A DNA stretch of 64,000 nt from Octopus vulgaris. Taxonomy: Eukaryota. Under the pieces are notes generated by a model, which worked only from the letters and a program-made list of their open reading frames with translations, did no database searches and was not told the origin of the DNA. The first letter of the stretch is position 1, and each line of letters starts with the position of its first letter. Below are positions 26,281 to 39,703 of the stretch, piece by piece. The DNA lies in NCBI GenBank assembly GCA_951406725.2, contig OX597814.1:95170001-95234000 (forward strand). The letters are read 5' to 3'. The position numbers and the translations under genes were made by a program.

Positions 26281-27333
26281 AATATTGTAATAATATTACA
26301 TATTGTATAATATTAAATATTATCTCATAAATAACAAAAAGACTGCTATTAAAATATGTTTTTAAAGGGTTTTTATTTAAAAATAAATTCTAAGCATATT
26401 GTCTTTGCAAACTCTCTAAAAGCAGTAAGATCAATGTAAGATTCATGTTCAGGGTAAACACAGGCAGGGAGACTGATGTTCTGGGTAACACAGCTGTCTT
26501 AGCAGCATTATAGGCCTCTGGCCAAATCAATGCACTGGGTTCCTAGACCCCTGAGGACCCCAAGCATCTGCCCAGTGTGCCCATATTTTAAGAAAGAACT
26601 GCTGGGGAAAATACCTTGGAAATAATGTTTTCTACTATAGGAACAAGGCTCGAAATATTAGGGGTGGGAGCTAGGCAATTTCATTGGCCTCAGTACTTGA
26701 CTGGTACTTATTTATTGATCCCCAAGAGGATGAAAGGCTAAGTCAACCTCAACAGAATTTGAACTCAGAATGTAAAACCAGAAGAAATGCTACTAAGCAT
26801 TTTGTCCAGTGCAGTAACAATTCTGCCAGCTTGTTGCCTTAGGATTGGATTGGAAACAATGATTAGTGTGGGGCATGGGAGGGAAGAGAACATAGACACA
26901 ATACATCATAATGGTTACAGTAAAGAAAAAAACCCAGAGTCCAAAGATAGCATCTCTGTGGGACAGAGTTTGGACTGTGCTGTGAGAAACTTCATGATAA
27001 TCAGTGTAAGAGTAAGTAAAGTTACCTTCTTGAGTCATATTGACTCATAAGGGCTGGTTTACTGGACTCCATGGCATATATATTGCCCACCTGTATGGGT
27101 CACCAGTCTGTCGCAGGATTACTTCTTTTCCCCATCTGAGTGGACTGGAGCAACATGAAATGAAGTGTTTTGCTCAAGAACACAACATGTCACCTGGTCC
27201 AGGAATCGAAACCACAATCTTATGATCAAGAGCCCAACACCCTAACCACTAAGCCAAGCACCTCCATATGCCAATCAGTGACAAAGACACAATGAATGAA
27301 GTAAAAATAAATAAATGAAACAGAAAGTAATAC

Positions 27334-27710
27334 CTCAGGAGAAGCCATCATTATTTTAAATCTGGCACAAGATTTCTCTAGGATTAACTTTAGGTAGTGG
27401 TCAGTAAGATTGAAATAGCCAGAAGCCAGCAGAATCTCATCTTCTTGTGTAGCTGATCTTAGAAGGTGTTTTGTAATTTCTTCATCATCCAAAATTCCAA
27501 GTGGTCCCATTTGTATGAGAGGGTAGACAAAAGTATCTGCGTTGCTATCAGAAGAGTCAGATTCAGATTGGTTTGGATTAGAGTTGCAGACAGAATTCTT
27601 GGGAGAAGAAGACTGCGAAGAATTAAAGCAATTTTCATTGACTGTTTTACGAAGTAATGCTAAGACTTTATCCCTGGCTTTCCACTTAAACCGCGATCCA
27701 TCATCTGAAT
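27334..27710 (-). CDS. PGS1: PGS1 internal coding exon (377 nt, phase 1 start, phase 0 end)
   Basis: Translates (D)SDDGSRFKWKARDKVLALL...DTFVYPLIQMGPLGILDDEEITKHLL...LASGYFNLTDHYLKLIL...IMMASPE, containing PGS1 motifs DT..YPLIQM, GYFNLT and ASPE. Acceptor TTTTAATTTCAG, donor GTATTA. Phases fit both neighbouring exons. Confidence 0.94.
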
Positions 27711-29406
27711 CTGAAATTAAAAGCAGATGATATTACAACATTTTCAACTGTCGAGCCAAGAACATCCACATGCATATAAATTCATAAATACAAATAGACA
27801 TTATAAATGTATGTGTTATTTATGTGAATAGATAGCAAGAGGTATATACATATATAGATATACTCAGACTAAACAACAGATACTTACATGTGTGTGTGTG
27901 TGTTATGATGATAACGATGATGATTGATTAAAAATAAAGCTTTTACTTTCTTTTTAAAGTCCAAAGTAGATTCTAATGTGTACATTATCATTGAAGCAAA
28001 TTAATTCCAAATCTCTTTACACTTTATAAAATGAGACAAGTCTGTGTGTGTGTGCATGCACGCATGTGCAAGCATGCGTGCGTATGTGTTACTAGAAGGA
28101 GATAGCTTGTGAAAGATGAAAAACATTTAACAAGGAGAAAAAATGGGTGATACACTTCTAGCATGTATGAGAGAACAGAAGGAATAACCAGTTTTAACCC
28201 AGTTACTGTGAAATGAAAGAGGTTACAAATAAAGATCATGTTTCACTGAAGAAGTCTAATAAAGCTAAAACATGTTCAGAGTTGTCAATATACTGCCACA
28301 GATCAGACTCATTCCTCACTATATCCTCACATTGAATTTCAACTAATTTAAAAGTTTCAGAGTAATCCCCCCTATCTTTTTTTACCAGAATTAATGATTA
28401 AGTTGATTCCCTCCAGGTGTAATTTTATGTAATTAATATTTCTTGATTCATAACATGAAGTATTTTGGCATTGATTTAACTACAAATAAACTACAGAATG
28501 AAAGAAAGAGATGGAAACATGGAAACATGTTGTTAGACTTAGCTAACATAAGAGCAATGGGGGATAATATTTGAGAGAGAGAGAGTGAGAGAAAGAAAGA
28601 GAGAGAGACAAAGATAGAGAAAGACAGACAGAGATAGGCAGAAAGAGAGAGACAGAGAGAGAAAACGAGACAGATAGATGATGGGGAAGAGATAAAGTGA
28701 GAAGGATTAACGGTAGGAACAGAAAAAGAAATTGAACTATACCAGTCAGTGATATAATTAAAGCAATGATGGTGGTTATAACATTGATGATGATGATGAT
28801 GTTGATGATGATGATTATGATGATGATGATGATGATGGTGACGACGACATTGACGACAACGATGATGACAACAATAACAACAATGAATAATAAACGATGA
28901 TGAGTGATGATGAAGGCAATGACTCTGATGTTGATGATGACAGCAGCTCTTACAATTGTGGCTGTGTTCCTGAGTAATCTGAAGCTGAATATGACTGAAT
29001 CAGAGGTCAAAATCAAGGTCTTTGTTAAAAACTACATATTTTCTGAAAAAACTTTTATCACTTCTTGTCGGCTCCAATTGAGCCAGCCCATGTTCAAAAG
29101 TATTCTTTAAGACTGTTCATGTGGTACTTTGCAAATGTGTCTTAACTCATGCCACCATTGGAAAACAGATGTTAAGATGACACATGATGTCCCCCCCCAC
29201 CACCACCACCACCAAAAATGACAATAGATTTTCATCTAGGTTTGATCTCGGAACTTTTGTTTTAAATGTAGTGTATCAAAACCAATCCATTCCCACAAAA
29301 CACAGAAAGACTAATTGATCAACAATGCACGAAACTTCATCAAATTAACTTATATGCTACAATATTGTATGTATCCCATAAACAACATACTGTTAGTAAA
29401 CTGTGT

Positions 29407-29439
<33 letters not shown>

Positions 29440-29449
29440 CACACATATA

Positions 29450-29815
29450 AATGGCTCTCTGTCAGTTGCGACGAGGGTTCCAATTGATCCGATCAATGGA
29501 AAAGCCTGCTCGTGAAATTAACATGCAAGTGGCTGAGCACTCCACAGACACGTGTACCTTTAATGTAGTTCTCGGGGAGACTCAGCGTAACACAGAGTGT
29601 GACAAAGCTGGCCCCTTGGAAATACAGATACAACAGAAACAGGAAGAAAGAGTAAGAGAAAGTTGTGGTGAAAGAGTACAGCAGGGTTCGCCACCATCCC
29701 CTGCTGGAGCCTCATGGAGCTTTAGGTGTTTTCACTCAATAAACACTCACAATGCCCAGTCTGGGAATCGAAACTGCGATCCTATGACTGTGAGTTCGTT
29801 GCCCTAACCACTGGA
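29450..29815 (-). mobile_element. tRNA-derived SINE family B
   Basis: Colinear with 38770-39144 (GTTGATCCGATCAATGGAAAAGCCTGC...GGGAATCGAAAC). Confidence 0.85.
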
Positions 29816-29923
29816 CTATATATATATATATATATATATCAATTAAAAAAAAAACAGAGAGAAAAAAAAAAGAAACAAACAAGCAATATATTAATTAGGT
29901 GCTTGGAGAAGGAAGAGAGTAGT

Positions 29924-29960
29924 TGTTTTATGTTTCAAACATAGCTCTTCTTCAGAAACA
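29924..29960 (-). ncRNA. Minimal type I hammerhead motif (decayed)
   Basis: TGTTT-CTGAAGA-A-GAGC(TAT)GTTT-GAAAC-ATA|AAACA. Stem I is 5 bp and the core is intact. ATA probably replaces GTA by CpG decay. Confidence 0.65.
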
Positions 29961-30372
29961 GAAATAACAGGAAATAAATTAAGTAGGGTGGTAAATTTTG
30001 ATCCTTTCACCTGCACAATTTTCACTAAGAGGTTATAGAAGTTAGTGGTAACGAAATGTGTGGAGAGATAACAAATGATAAATTCATCTAAAAAAAAAAC
30101 ACGTTAGAGTTTTTGCATGTATGTGTGAAATGAAGTAGAAGTATAATATTGAAACAAAAATATCTTTTTCCTATATCTTAAAATCACTGGATAACATGTA
30201 TACATAACAATCCCAAATTGCAGAATAGATTTGTAAAATGAAAGCCTTTTCTCTTTACAATTTTTGGCGATGAAATGAGTTTCATTTTTGTGTGGAGAGA
30301 GAGAGAGAGTGGGTGGCAAAGTTTACCTAAACATTGAATGGTATAACAATCTATCATAATTATATCATTATA

Positions 30373-30451
<79 letters not shown>

Positions 30452-30680
30452 GTTTAACATCTTTCCATGCTGGCATGGGTTGGATGGTTTGACTGAGGAC
30501 TGGCAAGTCAGGAGGCTGCAATGAGGCTCCAGTCTGTTCTGGCATGGCTTCTACAGCTGGATGCCCTTCCTAATCCCAACTATTCTCAGAGTGTAGTGGG
30601 TGCTTTTCAAGTTCCACTGGCACTGGCATGAATCATGCTCGAATGGTACTTTTTACATGCCACTGGCATGGGAGCCATCA
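30373..30680 (-). mobile_element. RTE-type 3' tail with long (CAT)n
   Basis: (CAT)n followed by TTTCCATGCTGGCATGGGTTGGATGG...GGATGCCCTTCCTAA and diverged array units. Confidence 0.8.
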
Positions 30681-32024
30681 TGATAAATTCATTGTATATA
30701 TTTTTACTTTCTGTAAATAAATGATTGGTGTTAAATCCAGCCTTTCTGTTCTTGATATTATCTGTACAAACTCTCATCGTATGATTATAAGGAAAATGAG
30801 TTAGTTAAGATTTATTTGTATACACCTTTATAAAGTTATACTCAATACACTTTTTTTTTTTTGCTTTGTTTCAGTTATTAGACTGCAGCCATGCTGGGGT
30901 ACTGACTTAAAGAATTTTAGTTGTATAAACTGACCCCAGTACTCATTTTTTAAAGCTTGGTATTTATTCTATTGGTTTCTTTTGTTGAACTGCTATAGGG
31001 GACAATTAAGATAAAACTTAATCTTCCCTAACAAATGTGTATACATAACTAGTAACACTACTAAGTACAATGGTAGATTAACCACTATACTGGAAGCTGA
31101 CTGGATAATGTTAAACTACATGGAGCTCTAACTCAAACAATGGTAGTCATACACACGAGATATATATGCATGTGAGTGTCTATGTGTGTGCGTCTGTGTG
31201 TGTGCGTCTGTGTATGTGTGTGCATGTGTGTGTGAGTGTGTGTATCTGTGTGCGAGAGAGAGAGAGAGTTACACTCTCTTTGCCTTGACTTCATGTGATT
31301 GTTGTAAACGAATGACACCATCATGGAAGCGCTGTTCCTCATTTCCGATCTTCCATGAACACATAATCTGGTCATGGGAAAATGTCAAATTCCCAAGAAA
31401 CAGGTGAGGGTTGGTGACAGGAAGGGCATCTGGCCATAGAAAATCTGTCCCGGCACATTCCATCTGACCCATGCAAGTAAAGAGCACACATTAAAACAAT
31501 GTTGATGGTGGTGGTGGTGGTGGTGGTGGTGGTGGTGTTGGTGGTGGTGGTGGTGGTGAAGATGAGGAGGAGGATCTCTCTGGAGCTAATAAAATAGATA
31601 ATACCAGTCAAGCACTGGAGGTAGTTCAATTGCTTGATAAATCGTGGTAAGTGTTGCCAGTCGCTGCTTCACCAAAACAAAAGGATATAATCTTATACAA
31701 CCCCAAGAGCAAAAAAACAAAATGTAGAAACAGAAAGAAAAAGGGAAAACTTTAATCTATCAGCAGAAAATTGATCTGTTAAAAAGTTTAGGTCTTTAGC
31801 TGACAACACTAATACAGGTTCAGCAAAACAGCTATTTTGTAAATGTCAGCATGAAGCAAATTATCTACATTATTAGTGACAACCTTCTAACGAGTCATAT
31901 GTAACTTTATAATAATAGATGAGCCATGAATAATCATGTGTTACTTGAGTCGCACATATACATTACCTGAGCAACAGCTAAGTGTGTGTGTGTGTGTGTG
32001 CACGTGTGTGTGTGTGTGGGCGCG

Positions 32025-32101
<77 letters not shown>

Positions 32102-32658
32102 CAGACAGACAGAGACAGAAGGAGAAACAGAGGAATAGGGGGAAAAGGGAAAGGAAGAGATACAGACAAACAGGGAGTGAAGTATATAGAAAGAGTGTAT
32201 GTGAGAGAGAGAGAGAGAGAGAGTAAGACTCACATGAACTCAACAGAGTACATCTCAACTCATCTTCACTCACAAAAGGAAGGGCTCAACAAATAATTAT
32301 AGGCAATTACAAATAATTCAGAGCTGCATCACATAGGAGCCAAGTAAGAAATAAAATAGAAATGTAATTTTGATATTCAACATTAAACAAAATATAATTA
32401 CTAACTCACGATAACATTTTGCTTCTCATTTATACACATCATCATCATCATCATCATCTGATCCTCCCCCTCATCATCATTACCACCACAATCACCACCA
32501 CCAACACCACCATGATCATTTAATGTCTATGTCCCATGCCAGCATGGATTGGATGCTTATTACAGGATCTGATGGATTCAAGGATTGCATCGTGCTCCAA
32601 GTGTGGCATGGTTTCTACAGTTGGATGCCAACCCTGATACCATACACATACACACACA

Positions 32659-32689
<31 letters not shown>

Positions 32690-33104
32690 ACATACACACA
32701 CACACACACAAACACTTATACCACTCTACCATAGGTTTTATGCAATTATAATCAGTTATTCAATCAAAATTTTAATAATAGATGAGAATATTAGATGGTG
32801 GTGTTGTCATCCATTATTCAAACTCCAATCAAATAATTGCAATGTAATTACATGAAACCTATGGTACTGGACTACTGATTTCTATTAAATGAATATTTAT
32901 ACACCTATGCAGTACTGAGCACTATTTCTTCCAGTTTGTCACTAATGTATATAATAGATGTGTGTAGTAGAGAGGGAGACAGACAGATAGACAAAGACAG
33001 AGATAGAGAGAGAGAGAGCATAAGATGAGGTTTTCATCCTATTTCACAAAAATATTATAAACCTCTCTAGTAGCAGTACAACAGTAAAATGTGCCCATTG
33101 CATT

Positions 33105-33298
33105 AAGATACAAGGTAATTAAGATTCACAAGTTATAACACGGAGTCCAGTGTCATATTATCGAACACGTCTCCGAAATGGCCCATCAATGGAACATTAT
33201 ATTCATGTATTAGTATGTCCTGGTAATGTTGCATAATTTCAAATTTTCCACCGGACTCTGTGTTGTAACTTGTGAATCTTAATTACCTTGTATCTTAT
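33105..33298. repeat. About 49-bp inverted repeat with about 95-nt spacer, heading an AT-rich remnant
   Basis: TAAGATACAAGGTAATTAAGATTCACAAGTTATAACACGGAGTCCAGTG vs CACCGGACTCTGTGTTGTAACTTGTGAATCTTAATTACCTTGTATCTTA (3 mismatches). Confidence 0.9.
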
Positions 33299-33980
33299 CG
33301 TGTGAATTATTAATTCAATAAGTCTTATATTATGTTGATGCTTTATATTTTGCCTGCGTATTTATATATATATGAGCATTTTTGAATATTTTAAAATACC
33401 TACGAGTTTTTATCTTATATCATATCAACGTCTTTTGTATTTATTTTTTATATTGATTTATATATCTATATATTTATATATTTTTAATGCCAACATATTT
33501 TTAAATATTTTTAAATATTTTAAAATATTTGCGTATTTTTTAAATATTAAATATTTATATGTTTATATACTTGTATGTTTTTAATACTGTATTATCTGGA
33601 ACTTTATATTGATTTATTAATGTCTAATGAAGGTACACATATATATTGAATATTCTACTGGATAATAGGTCATGTTCCTCTAGTTTTCCACTAGTATTGC
33701 CTCTATTCATATTATAAATTAGAACTTACGAGCTCAATTTGAGCACTTTGATTCTAGCCTGTTTCTGAGCATTGTTAAAGTTAACAATCTCTATATAAAA
33801 TTGTATAATTTATATATATACATATATAGGTGCAGGCATGGCCGTGTGGTAATAAGCTAACTTCCCAACCACATGGTTCCAGGTTCAGTCCCATTTTGTG
33901 AACCTTTGGCAAGTGTCTCCTACTCGTATAGCTTTGGGCCAACCAAAGCCTTGTGAGTGGATTTAGTAGACAGCCAGTCA

Positions 33981-34012
<32 letters not shown>

Positions 34013-34049
34013 ATTGTTATTATTATTTAAAGATCATAATGCATGTAAG

Positions 34050-34096
34050 GCGCTACTAATAGTTTCGTATATTGAGAGAACATATTCTTCAGGCAC
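34050..34096 (-). ncRNA. Type I hammerhead motif, near-intact
   Basis: GTGC-CTGAAGA-ATATGT(TCTCTCA)ATATAC-GAA-ACT(ATT)AGT-A|GCGC. GUA site, one A-C mismatch at the base of stem II. Followed by AATAAA and (TA)n. Confidence 0.78.
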
Positions 34097-34959
34097 AAAC
34101 CACATATCATAACGAACTAAAGAAATTGAATAAAAGAAGAAACACAAAAAAACTGAGAAGGCAGCATATAGAAAATGCAGACAGTAAACAACGGAAAATG
34201 GAAAACAGAAAACAAAAAACAAATTAAAATGTAAAAAATAAAAAGTAAAAAGGTAAAAGAGCTATCCTCCTGAGACTTTTAATGATAAGGCTGGAAAAAT
34301 ATCAAGTCAGTTAGGAATAGGTGGAATTTTCCAATTTTTCAAAATATATTTATACATATGCATGCAACTGCTGAAAATTTCTGACCTGGAGTTCAATAGA
34401 GAGTTAAGGATCTTAGATCTAAACAGGATCTGTGCTCTTTCAGCCAAACAAAGTCTACAGTTATCTGATCCATTCACTTAAGGTATGGATATCTCAAGTA
34501 CTTTCCGTTTAATCACTTGTCGTGTTTCATTATCTTTCAAAGTCCATACATAGCTAGCCAATTTAGTAGCTTTACTTTTGCCCCTATGTCAGATGGGGGC
34601 TATGTGATTGGCATAGAGATTTTTAAATTCACCTTCACATAATCCAATATAGGTTTTCATATCAGTTGTATAGGATAGAAGAGGGTGAGTTTACAAGATT
34701 TTTAAAGGAGAATGGGTGCTAGAGGTGGGGAGAAGGGATTTAACAGGGACATACTGAGTGCAGGAAGGTAGGTGGACAGGTGAGAGAGAATGGAGGGGAG
34801 TGGGAAAAAACATTGATGGTGAGCATAGAGGGGTTGTGGGAGTGGGAGGTGATCATGGGCATGGATTTTACTTTGCGGAGCAGGTCTTCTCAAGCACAGT
34901 ATATTGCAAGTTGTCTCAGTCCTTCATCATCTCCTCTGAGAGGCTCAACATCTGAAGAT

Positions 34960-35605
34960 CCTTTCTCACTGCTTCATCCCATGTCTTTCTGGGTCGTCTT
35001 CTTCCATAGGTTCCCTCCACATTTAGATAGCAGCACTTCTTTATGCAACTGTCCTCATCCATACACATCACATGACCATACTAACACTTGCATACTACAA
35101 CTGATGTAACTTATACCCAATTTCTCTCTCAAAGCATTTACACTTTGTCATACATGCACACTAACATTGCACATCCAGTAGAACATGCTGGCTTCATTTT
35201 TTTCAAGACTTTACATGTCCTCTGCACTCACAGCCCATGTTTCACTGCCATGTAGCATAGCTGTCCATACACAAACGTTTTACAGTCTGCCTTTCACTCT
35301 GAGGAGAGGCCCTTTGTGACCAACAAAGGTAATAACTCTCTGAACTTTGCCCAGCCAGTTCTTATTCTAACAGCTATGCTTTCAGAGCAACCTCCACCAT
35401 TGCTAATTTGGTCACCTCGGTAATGAAAATTATCTATTACCTCCAAGTATCCAGTTGCACATTTGAGGAAATTTAGTTCCTGCACATTCTTAGTGTTCAT
35501 TGTACAGGTACATCTACCACACACAGTAATGGTCAAAGAGGTATTCTGCAACATAACTAAAGTATATACGCAGAAACAAGAGCTGAAGCTAACCTGTTTA
35601 AGCAT
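34960..35605 (-). mobile_element. Decayed RTE LINE ORF2 fragment
   Basis: LEVIDNFHYRGDQISNGGGCSESIAVRIRTGWAKFRELLPLL, then MLHGSETWAV and a ..WMCNV remnant. Confidence 0.85.
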
Positions 35606-35968
35606 GTGTATTTCATTTGATGTGTGACACTAATATGCATAAATGACAGAGCACAAATGAACAGGGGGAAAAACTGGATATAAGAGGAATTAGATGTATT
35701 GTGCAAGTGAGAAGACTATGCTGGTATGGGCATGGGATGCATGTTGAGGATGACAATTGCATAAAAAAAAGTATCAAGGGTTCCAGGTGGATGGAAGCCA
35801 TGGAAGAGGGAGGCCAAAAAAGCCATGGTAATATGAGGTGAAGACTGACCTTAAGGGGTTAGACCTCATGAAAAAAATGACAAAGGACCATGACTTATGG
35901 TGAAGAACTATGCTGGAGAGGATCCATTCAATCCATACAAACATGGAAAAACAGACATAAATGATGGT
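35606..35968 (+). mobile_element. Decayed RTE LINE 3' end, back-to-back with the minus fragment
   Basis: VQVRRLCWYGH and GRGRPKK.W remnants, then tail ATCCATACAAACATGGAAAAACAGACATAAATGATG. Confidence 0.8.
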
Positions 35969-36026
35969 AGTAATGTTAGAGGTTGGGATGAATAATTACT
36001 ACATTTGGGCCTCAACTTATATTTAA

Positions 36027-36521
36027 CCTTTTAGCATTTAAACCAGCCATATCCAGCCCAAATATTCTATTTATTTTATATTCAAACCTGCCTGATCCAG
36101 CCTCTCACATCTAACCTACAATGTAGATGTAAAGATCAAATTCATATCATTGAATTCTCAAAGTTACAAGATAATTCATGGAGTGTTGGTGCCACATAAA
36201 AAGCATCTATTCCAGTACCACATGCAAGCGTCCAACCCAGTACTGTGCAAAAGCACCCAGTACACTTTGTAAAAGTGGTTGGTGTTAGGAAGGGCATCCA
36301 GCTATAGAAACCATGCCAAAACAGATAATGGAATCTGGTGCAACTCTTCAGCTGGTCAACTCTTGTCAAACCATCCAACCCATGCCAGCATGGACAATGG
36401 ACATTAAATGATGATGAGGATGATGATGATTATGATTATGACGATGGTGACAACGGCAATGATGATTACATTCAAGTAATCTGAATAATAATTACATTTG
36501 AGTAATCAGAATGGTAAAAGG
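36027..36521. mobile_element. piggyBac-like MITE family 1 interrupted by an RTE-tailed insertion (about 36181-36460)
   Basis: TTAA|CCTTTTAGCATTTAAACC ... AATGGTAAAAGG|TTAA. Internal GGTGCCACATAAAAAGCA...GGAAGGGCATCCAGC...(GAT)n insertion. Confidence 0.7.
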
Positions 36522-37624
36522 TTAATGATTTACCAATATAGAAAGGCTTCTAAGCTAAAAACAAAATTTGATATCCCCAAAACTATCTCACTTGTGTTAT
36601 CAGACATCAGAAAAGTGGATGTAAAAGTAATTTGGATATAATTATTTTAAACAAACTTTTTTTTTTTCTTAAAGCAGAACTTCATTATTCTCCATTACCC
36701 TTCACTTAAAATTGTTTACACAAGTTTCATTTTGTGAAATCAATTAATCTTCATTTACATTTTGGCATTAACTGCTTCCTCTTTCTCTCTTCTCAAAAGC
36801 AATTTAAGTTAATTACTGAAAAAATATTTTAGTACTTAGATAGTGAGAACAACACATAAAAGCCTCAATGTTTACAGAAACCCCTCAACAAAAATGAGGT
36901 TATATATTGCATTGCATATGAAAGAAGCTTTACTTAAATTACCCTATAAATGGTTTTGGATCCTTTTTCACAGGTCTCTTATTTAATACAGAGTTATTTA
37001 GAATTTAATTTTACTTTCAAAGCTATCAATTGCATTGTCAATGCAAACAGAGACTACTGGCTCCATCTATCCAATAAATATAGATTGGTAATACCTTTGT
37101 CAGACACTAATTACCCTTGATGTTAGTTAAAGCCAGCAACAACATTTTGGTATCTAGGCGGTTCGCAATACAGCCAACTTTGCTTTTATGTCTAGTTGCA
37201 ACCCTTTCACAATAATTCCTTGGAGTTGTTATTTACAATAGTGTGTAATTCCCGCTAAACCAACACTAAGATAAATATTGCAAAATAATCGTGTGATCAA
37301 ATTTGTAAGTAAAATGCAGTCAGAAGAATTTCATTATTTATAATTCCTCAGTCATGGTATTTTCAAGTCTTTTTTTGATCTGACTGTTTCATCAAATTAA
37401 TAGCTAAGTGTGGGAATGTTCAGCAAGTCAATTAGATATGGACAACTTTATGGCAACCTATCATGAGACAGTAGAACATTCTGGCTTTTTTTATGAGCAA
37501 ATGTGGGTTGAATGATGTGTTGTGTGTGACTGTGTTTGTGTGTGCATGACTGTGTTTTGCTTTCCACTGAAACCACCATAAAATTGTTGGCTAGAACAAT
37601 CTAAAAAGCTACATTTTTGCATGA

Positions 37625-37679
<55 letters not shown>

Positions 37680-37722
37680 TACACACCCCAGTACATATAT
37701 ACATATATACATACATATATAC

Positions 37723-37758
<36 letters not shown>

Positions 37759-37759
<1 letters not shown>

Positions 37760-38165
37760 GGCACAGATTGGCTGTGTGGTAAGTAGCTTGCTTCCCAACA
37801 ACACGGTCATGGGTTCAGTCCCACTTAGTGACGCCTTTGGCAAGTATCTTCTACTATAGCCTTTGGCCAACCAAAGCCTTGTGAGTAGCTTTGATAGACA
37901 GAAACTGAAAGAAGCCTGCTGTATATGCATAAATATATCTAAGTGTGTGTGTCTTTGTGTCTGTGTTTGTCCTATCATCACCGCTTGACAACCGGTGGTG
38001 ATGTGTTTCTGTCACCATAACTTAGCAGTTTGGCATAAGAGACTGATAGAATAAGTAACAGGCTTTAAAAAAAAATAAGTCCTGGGGTCGATTTGTTTGA
38101 CTAAAAGGTAGAGATCCAGCATGGCCACAGTCACATGACTGAAACAAGTTAAAGAATAAAAGAAG
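37759..38165 (+). mobile_element. tRNA-SINE family A, near full length
   Basis: GGCACAGATTGGCTGTGTGGTAAG...GGGTTCAGTCCCAC...GACTGAAACAAGTTAAAGAATAAAAG. Confidence 0.85.
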
Positions 38166-38769
38166 ATAGATACCCCACTACCTTAACTACTTTCATCTTA
38201 TTCCTTCTCCTTATAATTTAGTTTTTTGTATAATACCTCTCTCTACATTATTACTATATATATATATGATTTCTATTCTATAATACTCTCTACTTTAACT
38301 ATCTTACACTACTTGGATATCCATATGTTATTCTACCATCCCCCCATATATTGTATGAACCACATTTTATTAATATAAAATCTATGCCAAATATTCATAT
38401 ACCTTCTCCTCTTTCTCAAAATATATTTTCAGCATTGGCCACGCTCAAATGGTGCTTTTTACGTGCCACTTGCACAGGAGCCAGTCCATATATTGGTGCT
38501 AAGTAAGAGCCACCGATGAGCATTAATCAAATGTGAAATTACTGGTGATCTGGTTATGCCCTGGAAGCTTTAGGGAACCTGTCTCTCTTGTCAGTCATAA
38601 GATAAGTGCTTTCTTGTGACTATGAGTTGTTTTGACTCTTATTTTTAGCAACACTGGTGCTAACTAGTACACTTAGTCACTTTAGTGACATCTGTTACTG
38701 CCTTTCGTTTGTAAACTGCAAGTAAGCCACCTTTACTATACATGTGTGTGTGTGTGTATGTATATTATA

Positions 38770-39142
38770 TGTAATGGCACTCTGGCGCTTACGATGACAA
38801 GGCTTCTAGTTGATCCGATCAATGGAAAAGCCTGCTTGTGAAATTAATGTGCAAGTGGCTGAGACACGTGTACCCTTAACGTAGTTCTCGGGGATATTCA
38901 GCGTGACACAGAGTGTGACAAGGCTGGTCCTTTGAATTACAGGCACAACAGAAACAGGAAGTAAGAGGGAGAGAAAGTTGTAGTGAAAGAGTACAGCAAG
39001 GTTCGCCACCATCCCCTGCCGAAGCCTTGTGGAGCTTTGGTTGTTTTTGCTCAATAAACACTCACAACACCCAGCCTGGGAATCGAAACCGCAATCCTAT
39101 GACCACGAGTCCGCTGCCCTAACAACTGGGCCATTGCGCCTC

Positions 39143-39144
<2 letters not shown>
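38770..39144 (-). mobile_element. tRNA-derived SINE family B
   Basis: Minus-strand head GGAGGCGCAATGGCCCAGTTGTTAGGGCAGCGGACTC...GGTTTCGATTCCCAG. Second copy at 29450-29815(-). Confidence 0.85.
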
Positions 39145-39191
<47 letters not shown>

Positions 39192-39672
39192 CACACACAT
39201 ATATATAATACAAATAAGAAAATGGAGAAACAATTCAGTTGGTTTATCAGCTTTAGGATATTAGAATGTTGACTTATTTATTTATTTAACAAAATGAGAA
39301 CCATAATAACATACATATATACATTAAAATTCAATACATATAAGATAAGAATACAATTATAAAAACCTTAATATAAATTATTAGAATCATTAAAATCACT
39401 CTTACAGCTGTTTCAGCCTATGGAAAAAGTAGTTTTCAGTGCCTATAGTTGTCCATTATATTGAGGTTGTAGGCATTTAAAAATTAATGGTAATTAATGG
39501 TAAAATATTTCTTTACCTTCACCCATTTAATACAATAAGTAAGTTAATTGCATTGCAATTAAAAACACTTGTGTATTAATAATTTGGGTATTATACCAAC
39601 AGTATATTGGATAAAAATTATCCCTTAGTGGGTTGGATCCACAACCCCTAACTTACTTGGTGTGTGTATATA

Positions 39673-39703
<31 letters not shown>

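Noticed and set aside
28240-28285. CTGAAGA..AAAACATGTT possible hammerhead
   Set aside because: GAAA is absent and stem I does not pair.
39075-39144. tRNA gene
   Set aside because: The tRNA-like head continues into a multicopy SINE body. The same applies to the other SINE heads.
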